DNA of 49,018 nucleotides from an uncultured Gammaproteobacteria bacterium (GCA_964599625.1 CAZRGC010000001.1:1-49018); one strand, 5' to 3'; positions 27,089 to 36,432 are shown, counted from the first letter of the stretch. Notes: a model not told the origin generated them from the sequence alone. Numbers and translations: made by a program.

Positions 27089-27128
27089 TTTGAAACAAAA
27101 CACCAAGAGTAAACTTCTGGGGTGAAGG

Positions 27129-28097
27129 TTATTTCATTGAAATAACCTTACGGACGGACACTGCCCATGAAAGATTTGGTTTATTGTCTGTTTTGTAAAC
27201 GCTTTGCAAAAAGTCATAGTAGGACGCGGTTTTGTGGTTAAGTTTTAGTGCCTTAACCATTTCTTCTTCGGCTTCTTGATACATTTTTTGTTCAAAAAGG
27301 GATTGTGCCAATCCAAAGTACATTTCTGCTTTTGGCCGTACTTTTTCGAGATATTCTCTAAAATATTTTTCGGCTTTTGAGTATTCCTTTTTTTCAACGT
27401 ACAACCAGGCTAATCCACCCAAGTTTTCCCCGTTGGGGTTCAGCTCTATTGCTTTTAGAAACATTTTTTCTGAATCTTCGAATTTGCCCATATCTCTATA
27501 TATATCTCCAAGAGCTCCGTAGTTAAATTCACTTTTGTTGATTTCGAAAGCTTTACGAAAATATTTTTCTGCAGTAGCCAAGTCTCCAATATCTCTATAT
27601 AAATACCCCAGTCCGTAGCTGTAGACGCTATCATTTAACGGGTCCAATTCAATTGCTTTTTGAAACGCTTTTTTTGCATCTTCGTATCGTTCCCAATTCC
27701 TGTAGAGTTTTCCGATTTCCATATAAAGCGCAGACGACCCTGGGTCTATTTTTAGTGCGCTTTCATATTCATTCAAGCTTTTTTCCATAAATCCCTGATA
27801 TCTGTACAAAAAACCCAGCCCCAAAAATGAATCGACTTTATCGGGAGATATTTCTTTGGCTTTCAAAAAATAATATTCCGAGTTTTTATAATTTCCTATA
27901 TCAATAAAGTTGTTGCCGAGTTCGATCGCCAGGTCGTAATTTCCGGTATTTTTTGCAAACTCTTTTTCTTTTAAAACAATCTCATCAGGCAAATCGTTTG
28001 AAATCTCATCGAAATTTTTAGTTGAGTTGGGTATGGTTTTGAATACAAAGAACAACAAGGCAACAAGTTGTAATAGTAAAAGTATTCGTATTTTCAT
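27129..28097 (-). CDS. TPR repeat protein with N-terminal membrane anchor
   Basis: About 8 tandem 34-aa TPR units (..A..YF.KA.E..P......GLG.LY...G....). I prefer the ATG at 28097 (MKIRILLLLQL..) over the one at 28151. Confidence 0.8.
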   Translation of the reverse strand: MKIRILLLLQLVALLFFVFKTIPNSTKNFDEISNDLPDEIVLKEKEFAKNTGNYDLAIELGNNFIDIGNYKNSEYYFLKAKEISPDKVDSFLGLGFLYRYQGFMEKSLNEYESALKIDPGSSALYMEIGKLYRNWERYEDAKKAFQKAIELDPLNDSVYSYGLGYLYRDIGDLATAEKYFRKAFEINKSEFNYGALGDIYRDMGKFEDSEKMFLKAIELNPNGENLGGLAWLYVEKKEYSKAEKYFREYLEKVRPKAEMYFGLAQSLFEQKMYQEAEEEMVKALKLNHKTASYYDFLQSVYKTDNKPNLSWAVSVRKVISMK

Positions 28098-28151
28098 CGT
28101 CGAATATATAATAATGCGAAAAATACAAATGTGTAATATACTCATGGGCAA

Positions 28152-29258
28152 ATGGCAAGAATAGAGATTTCTTCGGATAATCCTTTCGGGATGTCATATA
28201 GCGGAGACATTGCGAGAAATCTGAGTGTGGAAAATTATGCCGACTTTTGCCCCCCTTCCAATAACGCATCTTCTTTGATGCGAACTGCTATGGTTATGCA
28301 CTTGGTGGCTCCGGAGTTTCCTCCGATTATAAAGACAAATTTCAGGCTGGAAAACAAAATCTTGATAGATGAAATGTACAAGTTTTATGGAAAAAGAGTT
28401 CCTAAAATTGTAGCAACCCCACCGGGAGAATGCCCCCAAAAGGCAAAAGAAGGTCCAGACGAACATTTTGATGTCGCAAACGCCCACTCCGGCGGATTGG
28501 ATTCTGCTTATAGGGCTGTAAAAATGATTGCCAGCGGTGAAAAAGTAGTGGCGGTTCATGTTAGAAATCTGAACGCAAAAGCCAACTATTTGGAAGCAAG
28601 GGCTTCAAAAGCTCAAGCTGAGGCTTGGGGAATTCCATATAAGGAAGTTCATCTAAAAAACGGATCAAAAAACACCGGTTTTTCGTCAATGCGCTCAAGA
28701 GATATTTTTTTGGCGACTTCAGCTGTGTTTGCCACAGACTGCAATGGTGTTAACGAAGTTTTTGTGGAAGGAGATTTTCTTAAAAGAAAAAAAGGGGCAC
28801 ACTTTACCGAATATCAGGGAACTTGGAAGCTTTTCAATGGAATACTTCGCAAAAACGGGGTTGATGCTAGGGTTACAGGGATGGATGGAGGAGATATTGA
28901 AACTGTTGAAAAAGTTTTGGCATTGGAAAAAACTTTGGGTATAAAAGTTTTGGACTTGGTTCAGAATTGTTTTTCGGCAGAATATCAAAAAAGCTTCTTG
29001 GTAAAAAAATGGCAACGGGAAACCCCACAGCTTGCATTAGCGTCATCTGAACATTGGTGCGGAAGCTGTCTAAAGTGCAGAAGAATGACAATTGGCCGCC
29101 TTTATTATCACGACCCAAAATTTGAGGAGGTGCCTATTGCCGAAGTTGAGTATTTTGTTAATGACACTTACCACTGGATGAAAAAATACGAACACAATAG
29201 CGACTTGATTTCAAAAAGCTTTACTAAACATCTAAAAAATCTGTTAAGTGTCCGCTAA
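28152..29258 (+). CDS. PP-loop ATP pyrophosphatase, QueC-like, with a 110-aa N-terminal extension
   Basis: PP-loop HSGGLDS, RSRDIFLATSAVFA (compare QueC GRNxLFL), and a C-terminal CGSCLKCRR (compare the QueC Zn motif CGxCxxCxxR). Confidence 0.55.
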   Translation: MARIEISSDNPFGMSYSGDIARNLSVENYADFCPPSNNASSLMRTAMVMHLVAPEFPPIIKTNFRLENKILIDEMYKFYGKRVPKIVATPPGECPQKAKEGPDEHFDVANAHSGGLDSAYRAVKMIASGEKVVAVHVRNLNAKANYLEARASKAQAEAWGIPYKEVHLKNGSKNTGFSSMRSRDIFLATSAVFATDCNGVNEVFVEGDFLKRKKGAHFTEYQGTWKLFNGILRKNGVDARVTGMDGGDIETVEKVLALEKTLGIKVLDLVQNCFSAEYQKSFLVKKWQRETPQLALASSEHWCGSCLKCRRMTIGRLYYHDPKFEEVPIAEVEYFVNDTYHWMKKYEHNSDLISKSFTKHLKNLLSVR

Positions 29259-30764
29259 CTATTCGATTATCTGTTCATCTTTTCTGACGGACAAAAATTG
29301 TACCCAATCGTCAAAAAACCCAAGTATTAACTTGAAAGGTGCTTCCAAAATAAAATCAAATGTAAATGCCAAAAAATTAAGGTGAGTAAGGCCGCGACTG
29401 AGTCGGCTTCCAATCGTAAGAATTGGGATTGATACAATTTCCAATACGTTTGGCCTTGAAGGTGTTTTGGTCCAAGAATATATTTTAGCAATTTGAGAAA
29501 TTCGGTAAGCGAAAAATGCAATTACTGTCAAAAAGAACAGAAAAATGAGTTCGCTAAAAAGTGTATATCCAATCTCATTGAGTATAAAAATTATACCCCC
29601 AAAAACCGCTACGAAAAATGCAATATATAATGAGTAAAAAATATAGTACAAGAGATTTTTTGGAGCCTCTTCATCTTTTCTTTTAAGGTTGTTATCTTCG
29701 TTTTTTAGATTTTCAAAGTTCTCCAAAATATCCCAAGATCTTTCGACTAAAATCTCTCTTGATTTTTGATTGGGAAGTTTTATTTGAACTGTGCTGGCCC
29801 ACATAATAAACGGTGGGAATAGGAGGTTTATGGCCAAGGGTATCCTGTCCACTGTTCCATAGAAAAATATTTCAAAAGGAACCTCCATTCCAAATGCCAA
29901 AATCATTTTTGTAAGGAATACATACAGTACGCTTCTGAAACCGGCGGTGTTTATGCGAGAAGTTAGTCTCCCTATTTGGCCATTCAAAACCTCGGCGCTG
30001 AACTCTTTATATTTTTCGGGTGAGGAAATTATTTCTTTGAACTTTGCGGGATCTGAAAAGTACACATCTCTAAGAAGAATTAAAGGCGGCATTTCCCGTC
30101 TGACATATTTAACTATTTGCGCAACTTTATTGTTTCTTTTGGCGTAGTTAAACAAATCCCATGCTTCTTCGAACTTCTCCCGGCTTACATCTGTTCCTGC
30201 GAGTCCAAGAATATGATAAGCAGACTTTTCGTCGTCTGATTCTGCGTAAGTTTTGTCTACTGCATAATAAACCAGTAGATCTATGTTTGGGTCGTTTAGT
30301 TCAATTTTCTGGCGCAAAACCTGAAATGCAAAATAAGTAAACTGTTTGTAGTCTGTATTTAAGTTAAAAAGTTCTTCTATTTCGGCGGATGCTATTTTTA
30401 TGACCCATTCCTGGGGAGCTTTGCCGCCTAAATAATCTATGTATTTGGTAATTATTTTTTCTAATTTGGCTTTTTTGTCTGAGCCTACTTCGTCAATTGA
30501 TAAATATCTTGCCCATCTTAATTCTTTTACCAAACTTTCTGTTACTGATTTTGGATTTTTGTTCAAGATTATCCTTCTTTTGAGGATTCTCTCAATAGCA
30601 GCGCGCCTGACCAGATTGTCGGCCCTGTATTCCAGTGCATTTCTGGCTTTTTCGTACACTCCCGCAATGGTTTCGATTAAACCGTTTGGGTTGTCTCTTT
30701 TGGAACGGAGAGTGGAGCCGTAGGTTAGTTTGGCTATTAAGGCAGTGAGCGGTTTGTTGTTCAC
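29259..30764 (-). CDS. large hypothetical membrane protein (about 270-aa soluble N-terminal region plus C-terminal TM helices)
   Basis: 501-aa ORF with a GTG start at 30764, lying 6 nt after TAAAAT (30771-30776, minus strand). Confidence 0.5.
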   Translation of the reverse strand: MNNKPLTALIAKLTYGSTLRSKRDNPNGLIETIAGVYEKARNALEYRADNLVRRAAIERILKRRIILNKNPKSVTESLVKELRWARYLSIDEVGSDKKAKLEKIITKYIDYLGGKAPQEWVIKIASAEIEELFNLNTDYKQFTYFAFQVLRQKIELNDPNIDLLVYYAVDKTYAESDDEKSAYHILGLAGTDVSREKFEEAWDLFNYAKRNNKVAQIVKYVRREMPPLILLRDVYFSDPAKFKEIISSPEKYKEFSAEVLNGQIGRLTSRINTAGFRSVLYVFLTKMILAFGMEVPFEIFFYGTVDRIPLAINLLFPPFIMWASTVQIKLPNQKSREILVERSWDILENFENLKNEDNNLKRKDEEAPKNLLYYIFYSLYIAFFVAVFGGIIFILNEIGYTLFSELIFLFFLTVIAFFAYRISQIAKIYSWTKTPSRPNVLEIVSIPILTIGSRLSRGLTHLNFLAFTFDFILEAPFKLILGFFDDWVQFLSVRKDEQIIE

Positions 30765-30811
30765 GGTGCAATTTTAAACTATATTTGGGTAATTTTCACA
30801 ATTACCAAAAC

Positions 30812-30840
30812 TTGACTAAGTTTTTATATGTTGCTAATCT
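30812..30840 (+). promoter_or_regulatory. sigma70-type promoter TTGACT-17 nt-TAATCT
   Basis: Hexamers at 30812-17 and 30835-40. ATG 30852 lies 11 nt downstream. Confidence 0.5.
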
Positions 30841-30851
30841 TTTTATGACGT

Positions 30852-31535
30852 ATGAAATCCAAACTACTTGTTGGTTTTGTCGCAACAACAATGTTTGTCT
30901 TTGCGGTGACTACGGCAATAGCCTCGGAGGATGAAAAATCCAGCACAGATTCTTCTTCGACATCGACGCCCGAATCGACATCTACCCCAAAGTCTGAAGG
31001 CCGTGGTGGTATAAGAAATAAATTTGAAAACAAAGAAGATCGTTTCGAGGGAAAGTTTAGTCCCAAACCCACATTCTCACCCAGACCGGACGGCAAAAGG
31101 TTGGAAGAGTTCAAGTTGAAGATTTGCAAAACCAGGGAAGAAAACATAAAAAAGCGTACTTCGAGTCTGATGAATTTGGCTTCTCAGATGGTTGGCAAAT
31201 TTGATGCAATTGCAGCAAGGGTTGAAGAGTTTTATACGACTAAGGTGTTGCCAAAGGGTCTTGTTGTGGCTAACTATGACTCTCTTGTTGCTGATGTAAA
31301 TGCCAAGAAAGCTGCGGTTGACGCGGCAATCAGAAAAGTTCCGGATGTTTCCGGGTTTGATTGTGAAGGGGATGGTCCAAAAGAACTTCTGACAGAATAT
31401 AGGACTGCAATGAAAGATGTTAAAAGTGCTCTGCATGAATATAGAACATCAATTAAGAATTTGATTAAAGCAGTAAGGGGAGTTGTGGGTGACAAAGAAG
31501 AGACGGCAACACCAACCGCCACACCGTCAACTTAA
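30852..31535 (+). CDS. secreted hypothetical protein, Ser/Thr-rich N-terminal linker
   Basis: Signal peptide MKSKLLVGFVATTMFVFAVTTAIA. Candidate promoter at 30812-30840. Confidence 0.55.
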   Translation: MKSKLLVGFVATTMFVFAVTTAIASEDEKSSTDSSSTSTPESTSTPKSEGRGGIRNKFENKEDRFEGKFSPKPTFSPRPDGKRLEEFKLKICKTREENIKKRTSSLMNLASQMVGKFDAIAARVEEFYTTKVLPKGLVVANYDSLVADVNAKKAAVDAAIRKVPDVSGFDCEGDGPKELLTEYRTAMKDVKSALHEYRTSIKNLIKAVRGVVGDKEETATPTATPST

Positions 31536-31544
31536 TTATTTATT

Positions 31545-31838
31545 ATGAAAAACAACAACAAAGGATTTGCGCAACTGATTTTGATAGTTGGTATTGTTTT
31601 GGCGGTATCGGTGATTGGTTTTGTTATTTATAAACAGAACACGGCAAAACAGGCAATGCAAAAGGAAACATATGTACCCGAGGCATACCAGAATCAATAC
31701 AACGAAAGCGCAAATAGTGTGGAAACCGTGGAAACTTCTGAAGATTTGGTTAAGGTTGATTCTACAATTGAAGCCACTGATACTACTCAACTGGACACAG
31801 ATCTTAATTCATTGGATGCGGACCTCGCCTCGTTTTGA
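31545..31838 (+). CDS. small membrane-anchored acidic protein
   Basis: MKNNNKGFAQLILIVGIVLAV anchor followed by an acidic tail. Confidence 0.45.
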   Translation: MKNNNKGFAQLILIVGIVLAVSVIGFVIYKQNTAKQAMQKETYVPEAYQNQYNESANSVETVETSEDLVKVDSTIEATDTTQLDTDLNSLDADLASF

Positions 31839-31846
31839 TAATTCTA

Positions 31847-32209
31847 TTAAGCGCCAAGCAGTTTTGGCAAAAATATTATTGCTCCAACAACAATAGACCC
31901 GATTGCGGCCGTGAGAACAGCACCCGCGGCTACATCTTTTGCAATCTTGGCTAATGGGTGAATTTCTTTGCTTACCATATCTACAACAGTTTCTATAGCA
32001 GTATTTATTAGCTCTAAGATGAGCACAACCATTATGGTGATTGCCAAGGCCAGCCATTCATAGGAACTGATTTTTAGCATGTAACCCAAAACAAGAATCA
32101 ATCCCCCAAACGTAGTCTGAATTCTGAAGTTTCTACCGTGAACATATGCGAATCTTATTCCTTCGAGGGCATAGCCAATGCTTTCTGCCAACGGGTGATT
32201 CCTATGCAT
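31847..32209 (-). CDS. dgkA: diacylglycerol/undecaprenol kinase (DgkA family)
   Basis: 120 aa with three TM helices. AESIGYALEGIRFA.., LELINTAIETVVD..., AKDVAAGAVL. Confidence 0.85.
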   Translation of the reverse strand: MHRNHPLAESIGYALEGIRFAYVHGRNFRIQTTFGGLILVLGYMLKISSYEWLALAITIMVVLILELINTAIETVVDMVSKEIHPLAKIAKDVAAGAVLTAAIGSIVVGAIIFLPKLLGA

Positions 32210-32758
32210 AGGTTAATAATATCACTTTGGGGTATTTCTGCGCCATTTATGTTAGATTTAGTAGTGATTCCTAAAATTTTTATTGAATTTTCGGCAAGTG
32301 TACTTATTTGGCTTATGTTTGCCGGGCTTGGTGTTTTGTGGGTAATTGACGGAAAAATCAAAAAGGAACAAGTTGTTCATGCAATATTTTCCTGTTTGAC
32401 AGCCTGGACAATAGCGTTTGTTATCAAGCAGATTTTCCCCACACTTAGACCTTTTGTTGTGGATGGTGAAAGTGTTTTGACACTCACAATTCCCACGGAT
32501 GGTGCTTTTCCGTCGATGCATACAGCGCTTTCGTTTGCTCTCTCTGTTACCATATTTTTACACGACAGAAAGGTTGGGTGGTTTTACCTTATTGCAGCGC
32601 TATTTGTGGGCACGGGTAGAGTGCTAGCAAATGTTCATTATCCGGTAGACATTTTAGGTGGCGCTTTCATAGGTACCCTGGTAGCTGTGGTTGTAGAAAA
32701 AACGCACATGTTTAACCTGCTCGCACAAAACCGAAAAGGTAGGCGTGTTACCCATTGA
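32204..32758 (+). CDS. PAP2 family phosphatase (undecaprenyl-diphosphatase/BcrC-like)
   Basis: The three PAP2 motifs are KQIFPTLRP, PSMHT and GRVLANVHYPVDILGG. The start is uncertain (ATG at 32204 or at 32249). Confidence 0.8.
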   Translation: MHRLIISLWGISAPFMLDLVVIPKIFIEFSASVLIWLMFAGLGVLWVIDGKIKKEQVVHAIFSCLTAWTIAFVIKQIFPTLRPFVVDGESVLTLTIPTDGAFPSMHTALSFALSVTIFLHDRKVGWFYLIAALFVGTGRVLANVHYPVDILGGAFIGTLVAVVVEKTHMFNLLAQNRKGRRVTH

Positions 32759-32783
32759 CAATTAGCAGACGGTATTTTAGACT
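32755..32783 (+). promoter_or_regulatory. sigma70-type promoter TTGACA-17 nt-TAGACT upstream of lon
   Basis: Hexamers at 32755-60 (overlapping the PAP2 stop codon) and 32778-83. The lon ATG lies 19 nt downstream and has no SD. Confidence 0.5.
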
Positions 32784-32802
32784 GCTAAAACTGAACTAAA
32801 AA

Positions 32803-35214
32803 ATGAAAGATTTAACACGTCGAGTCCCAATAGTCCCGGTTAGAGGTTCGGTAGTTTTTCCACACACAGACACACTTCTTTCTTTCGGACGCGTAAAAAG
32901 CGTAACCGCGGTTAATACAGCATTTCAAGAAGATAGAGTTATTGCTATTTTTTCCCAAAAAGACAATAGGACCGAAGACCCGGTTAAGGAGGATTTGTAC
33001 GAAATGGGAACAATAGCAACTATCACCCAGATGATGTCCACAGATGGAGAGATACATGCGCTGATCCGTGGCCAGGCAAGAATTACACTTAAAGAAATAA
33101 TTGCGGAAGAACCATATCTTATCGGAATGGTAGAAGAAATTCCGGAAGATGTTGCAGCTAATCCGGAAATAACAGTCCTTACCAAAAAACTTCAGGAACT
33201 TTTTAAAAAGTCTATAAATCTTGGCAAACAGGCGGAGATAATGACTGTGATGAGGCTTGTTTCCGGCACGGTTGAACCTGTGGAAATGGTTGATCAGGTG
33301 GCATCACTTCTGGAGATAAAGGTTACAGAAAAGCAGAAAATTTTGGAACAAACAGACCTCAAAAAAAGAATTCAGGTGGTATTAGAACTTCTGGCAAAAG
33401 AAGTGAATGCTTTGGAAATTGAAAAGACTATTTCTTCGAAAACACAAAAGAGATTTGAGGACCAAATGAAGAAAGCGATGCTTAGGGAAAAGAAAAGGAC
33501 CATCGAAGAAGAACTTGGCGAGATGGATGAAGATGGTGAGCTTACCAATGAAGAAACCAAAGAATATAAGTTGAAAATAAAAAATGCCGGAATGCCACAA
33601 GTCGTGCGAGAAAGAGCGGACAAAGAACTCAAACGACTTTCTGCAATGTCTCCTAATAATCCGGAAAGTGCGTATATAAGAAATTATTTGGATTGGCTAA
33701 CAGACATGCCATGGAGCAAAGCAACTCCCAATGACGTTTCGATGAGTAAGGCTTCAAAAATTTTGGAGAACGAACATTACGGGATCGACAAAGCCAAAGA
33801 GCGTATTTTGGAATTTTTGGCTGTAATGAAAATCAAAAAGAGCAAAGGTGTAACCGCATCGGGGGATGCCAAACCCACAATCCTTTGTTTTATGGGCCCG
33901 CCGGGTGTTGGTAAGACATCTATAGGCCGATCTATAGCCAAAGCTTTGGGGAGAAAGTTTGTTAGAGTGTCTTTGGGTGGAATTAGAGACGAAGCAGAAA
34001 TAAGAGGACACAGAAGAACTTATGTCGGCGCTATGCCGGGAAGAATTATTCAAGGAATAAAAAATGCCGGTACAAAAAATCCGGTCTTTATGCTTGATGA
34101 AATAGACAAAATCGGAGTCGATTTTAGGGGAGATCCAAGCAGTGCCCTTTTGGAGGCCTTGGACCCGGAACAAAATAAAGAATTCTCGGATCATTATTTA
34201 GAAGTTCCGTTCGACCTTTCTGAGGTTATGTTTATTGCCACAGGTAATGTCTTGGACACAATTCCGGCACCGCTTAGAGACCGTATGGAAGTAATCAACT
34301 TCCCAGGCTATACAGAGGTGGAAAAGTTTAACATTGCCAAAAAATTCATTTGGCCAAAACAACTTGCGGCTCAAGGACTTGATGAAAAAGAAGTGGAAAT
34401 AACAGAAGACGGAACAAAGGAGATAATTGGCAGCTACACAAGGGAGGCCGGTGTAAGAAATCTTGAAAGAAATTTGGCATCTGTATGCAGAAAAGTAGCC
34501 CGACTTATGGCTGAAAAGAAAAAATACCCCAAAAAGATAGATGTTTCCGACGTTCGAAAGTTTTTGGGATCTCAAAGGTTCACATCGCAGATTGCAGAGA
34601 AAAAAGACGAAGTCGGAATGTCTACCGGGCTTTCGGTGACTCCATTTGGGGGCGAGATACTTTTTATTGAGGTATCCCTTATGCCAGGAAAAGGAAAGCT
34701 AACACTTACTGGACAGCTTGGTGATGTTATGAGAGAGTCAGCCAAAGCGGCATTCACTTGGGCGCGTTCTCACTACAATGTTTTGGGTCTAAAAGAAAAT
34801 TGGTCTGAAAATATTGATGTCCACATACATGTTCCTGAAGGGGCTGTCCCCAAAGACGGACCTAGCGCAGGTGTTTCTATAACAACTGCACTCGTGTCTG
34901 CCCTTACTGGGATTCCTGTAAGGAGAGATGTGGGAATGACCGGTGAAGTTACGCTTAGGGGTAGAGTTTTGGAAATCGGCGGACTTAAAGAAAAATCAAT
35001 CGCAGGCCACAGAGCAGGACTAAGGACCATAATAGCCCCCAAGGACAACAAAAAGGATATGGACGAAATGCCCGATACGGTCAAAAAAGATATAAAATTT
35101 GTTTTTGCCGAAAAAGTTGAAGACGTTTTGGAGGTTGCACTCACAAAGTGGCCGATCACCATCAACACCGAAAGAAAATACACTCCCGTATCTTCCACAT
35201 TGGCTGCAAACTAA
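32803..35214 (+). CDS. lon: ATP-dependent Lon protease (LonA)
   Basis: Lon N-terminal domain, Walker A GPPGVGKTS, Walker B FMLDEIDK, and the protease Ser-Lys dyad context PKDGPSAGVSITTALVSAL / GGLKEK. Confidence 0.95.
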   Translation: MKDLTRRVPIVPVRGSVVFPHTDTLLSFGRVKSVTAVNTAFQEDRVIAIFSQKDNRTEDPVKEDLYEMGTIATITQMMSTDGEIHALIRGQARITLKEIIAEEPYLIGMVEEIPEDVAANPEITVLTKKLQELFKKSINLGKQAEIMTVMRLVSGTVEPVEMVDQVASLLEIKVTEKQKILEQTDLKKRIQVVLELLAKEVNALEIEKTISSKTQKRFEDQMKKAMLREKKRTIEEELGEMDEDGELTNEETKEYKLKIKNAGMPQVVRERADKELKRLSAMSPNNPESAYIRNYLDWLTDMPWSKATPNDVSMSKASKILENEHYGIDKAKERILEFLAVMKIKKSKGVTASGDAKPTILCFMGPPGVGKTSIGRSIAKALGRKFVRVSLGGIRDEAEIRGHRRTYVGAMPGRIIQGIKNAGTKNPVFMLDEIDKIGVDFRGDPSSALLEALDPEQNKEFSDHYLEVPFDLSEVMFIATGNVLDTIPAPLRDRMEVINFPGYTEVEKFNIAKKFIWPKQLAAQGLDEKEVEITEDGTKEIIGSYTREAGVRNLERNLASVCRKVARLMAEKKKYPKKIDVSDVRKFLGSQRFTSQIAEKKDEVGMSTGLSVTPFGGEILFIEVSLMPGKGKLTLTGQLGDVMRESAKAAFTWARSHYNVLGLKENWSENIDVHIHVPEGAVPKDGPSAGVSITTALVSALTGIPVRRDVGMTGEVTLRGRVLEIGGLKEKSIAGHRAGLRTIIAPKDNKKDMDEMPDTVKKDIKFVFAEKVEDVLEVALTKWPITINTERKYTPVSSTLAAN

Positions 35215-35216
35215 AA

Positions 35217-35618
35217 TTACATACCTGGATTAGCTTTGGGTTTAAGCCCAATCAGATGGTAAGTTTTGCTTTTGAAATCTTCCGGGAATTGGGTAAGCAC
35301 AAGCGTATACCCCTGAGATTTTAAGTTTGTTTCTATCTCTGGTTCCTTTTCCCTTTCAGATTTTTGTATCTCAACTCTTTTGTAATCAACCCTTTGAGGG
35401 TCCAAAACCAGAAGATGGGCAACACTACCTTCTTCCCTTGCCGGAGTTATGGTGAATACGGTCAGATCTTTGGGGATATCCCATCTTTGTGGAATTTTTT
35501 TGTTGCCATTAATCTTGTATGTTTCCATGAGAACAATGTGGCCCGATTCCAATATGAGTTCCTCAACACTTGGGGCATTGATATCGCGCATGCCGTTTAG
35601 ATATTCATTGGCTTCCAT
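35217..35618 (-). CDS. hypothetical protein
   Basis: 133-aa ORF overlapping the upstream gene by 14 nt. Confidence 0.45.
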   Translation of the reverse strand: MEANEYLNGMRDINAPSVEELILESGHIVLMETYKINGNKKIPQRWDIPKDLTVFTITPAREEGSVAHLLVLDPQRVDYKRVEIQKSEREKEPEIETNLKSQGYTLVLTQFPEDFKSKTYHLIGLKPKANPGM

Positions 35619-36261
35619 TTGTTTTTGTGTCTGTATAAAGTGTATTTTTGACTACAGCTACAGTCAAGTTAACTCCATCGTAAGCATAAATAAATGTAAC
35701 CGGTCTTGGGTAGTTGTTTTTAATATACAGATTTCCGAGCGGTGTGGAACTCAAAATACCTACGCCATATTCTTTGGGAATTTCGTTTATCTTGGCAAAG
35801 TTGTGGTCGGATGGTACGTAGGTTTCCAGACCAGCGTCTTTAGCGGACCAGTAGATCAATGATGCCAAGTGACAAACTCCGTCGCCAGTTAGGTCTCCGT
35901 CATACTTGAAACCTTCAGAAGAAATAAAACGAGCGTTGGTTGTCTTGACAACGTCATTTGAATATTGAGGAAGAAGGTTGTCGTCGAATGCAAACACCTC
36001 GCCCGGATTTAGGGTTAGTTCAAACCTGAAAGGTTTTCTTACGTTGTCCCAGACGATGTCGTTTTTGGTCTTAACTGAGCCCTCGGTATACCTAAGGGCC
36101 AGAAGTATGTTGTCTTTGAACACACTATTAACAAATTCGTTGTCGTATCTTTTTTCCATGTTTATAGTGTGGGAAGCTACAACCACGTTCCTTTCCCCGA
36201 GGGCATTGGCCACACTCGGGTTGGCAATTGTCAGTATCATGTAGAGAATTGCTGAATACAT
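35605..36261 (-). CDS. VanW-like protein
   Basis: GDGVCHLASLIYWSAKDAGLETYVPSDHNF resembles the VanW core GGGVCQVSSTLYNAALxAGLEIVERxxHS. N-terminal signal-like segment. Confidence 0.5.
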   Translation of the reverse strand: MYSAILYMILTIANPSVANALGERNVVVASHTINMEKRYDNEFVNSVFKDNILLALRYTEGSVKTKNDIVWDNVRKPFRFELTLNPGEVFAFDDNLLPQYSNDVVKTTNARFISSEGFKYDGDLTGDGVCHLASLIYWSAKDAGLETYVPSDHNFAKINEIPKEYGVGILSSTPLGNLYIKNNYPRPVTFIYAYDGVNLTVAVVKNTLYTDTKTNGSQ

Positions 36262-36356
36262 ATGATAGTTATGGCACTAAAATCAAAGATTTCAGTGTTT
36301 CATGCTCAAACACGGGTTTGAGTAAAACACAAAAAACTCCCTTTCGGGAGAGCCCA

Positions 36357-36385
36357 ATTATACCAAACTATAGGTTTTTAATCAA
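36357..36385 (-). promoter_or_regulatory. sigma70-type promoter TTGATT-17 nt-TGgTATAAT for the VanW-like gene
   Basis: Read on the minus strand: TTGATT at 36385-80 and TATAAT at 36362-57, with TGG at 36365-63. Confidence 0.5.
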
Positions 36386-36432
36386 ATTCTGATATGTGGA
36401 AAAACATTCCCGGATAAGCTATTCTAGGTTTA

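Noticed and set aside
30845-30934. Alternative-frame 29-codon ORF starting at ATG 30845, closer to the -10 box than the annotated start at 30852.
   Set aside because: The 30852 frame encodes a clear signal peptide and a 227-aa protein. The 30845 frame is short and Cys/Asn-rich with no recognisable features.
31545-31838. Type IV pilin/pseudopilin-like N-terminus (MKNNNKGFAQLILIVGIV).
   Set aside because: The prepilin motif G/F-T-L-I-E is not satisfied: there is no Glu at +5, and the sequence reads FAQLI. The acidic tail of about 60 aa is too short for a pilin globular domain. It is more likely a simple anchored protein.
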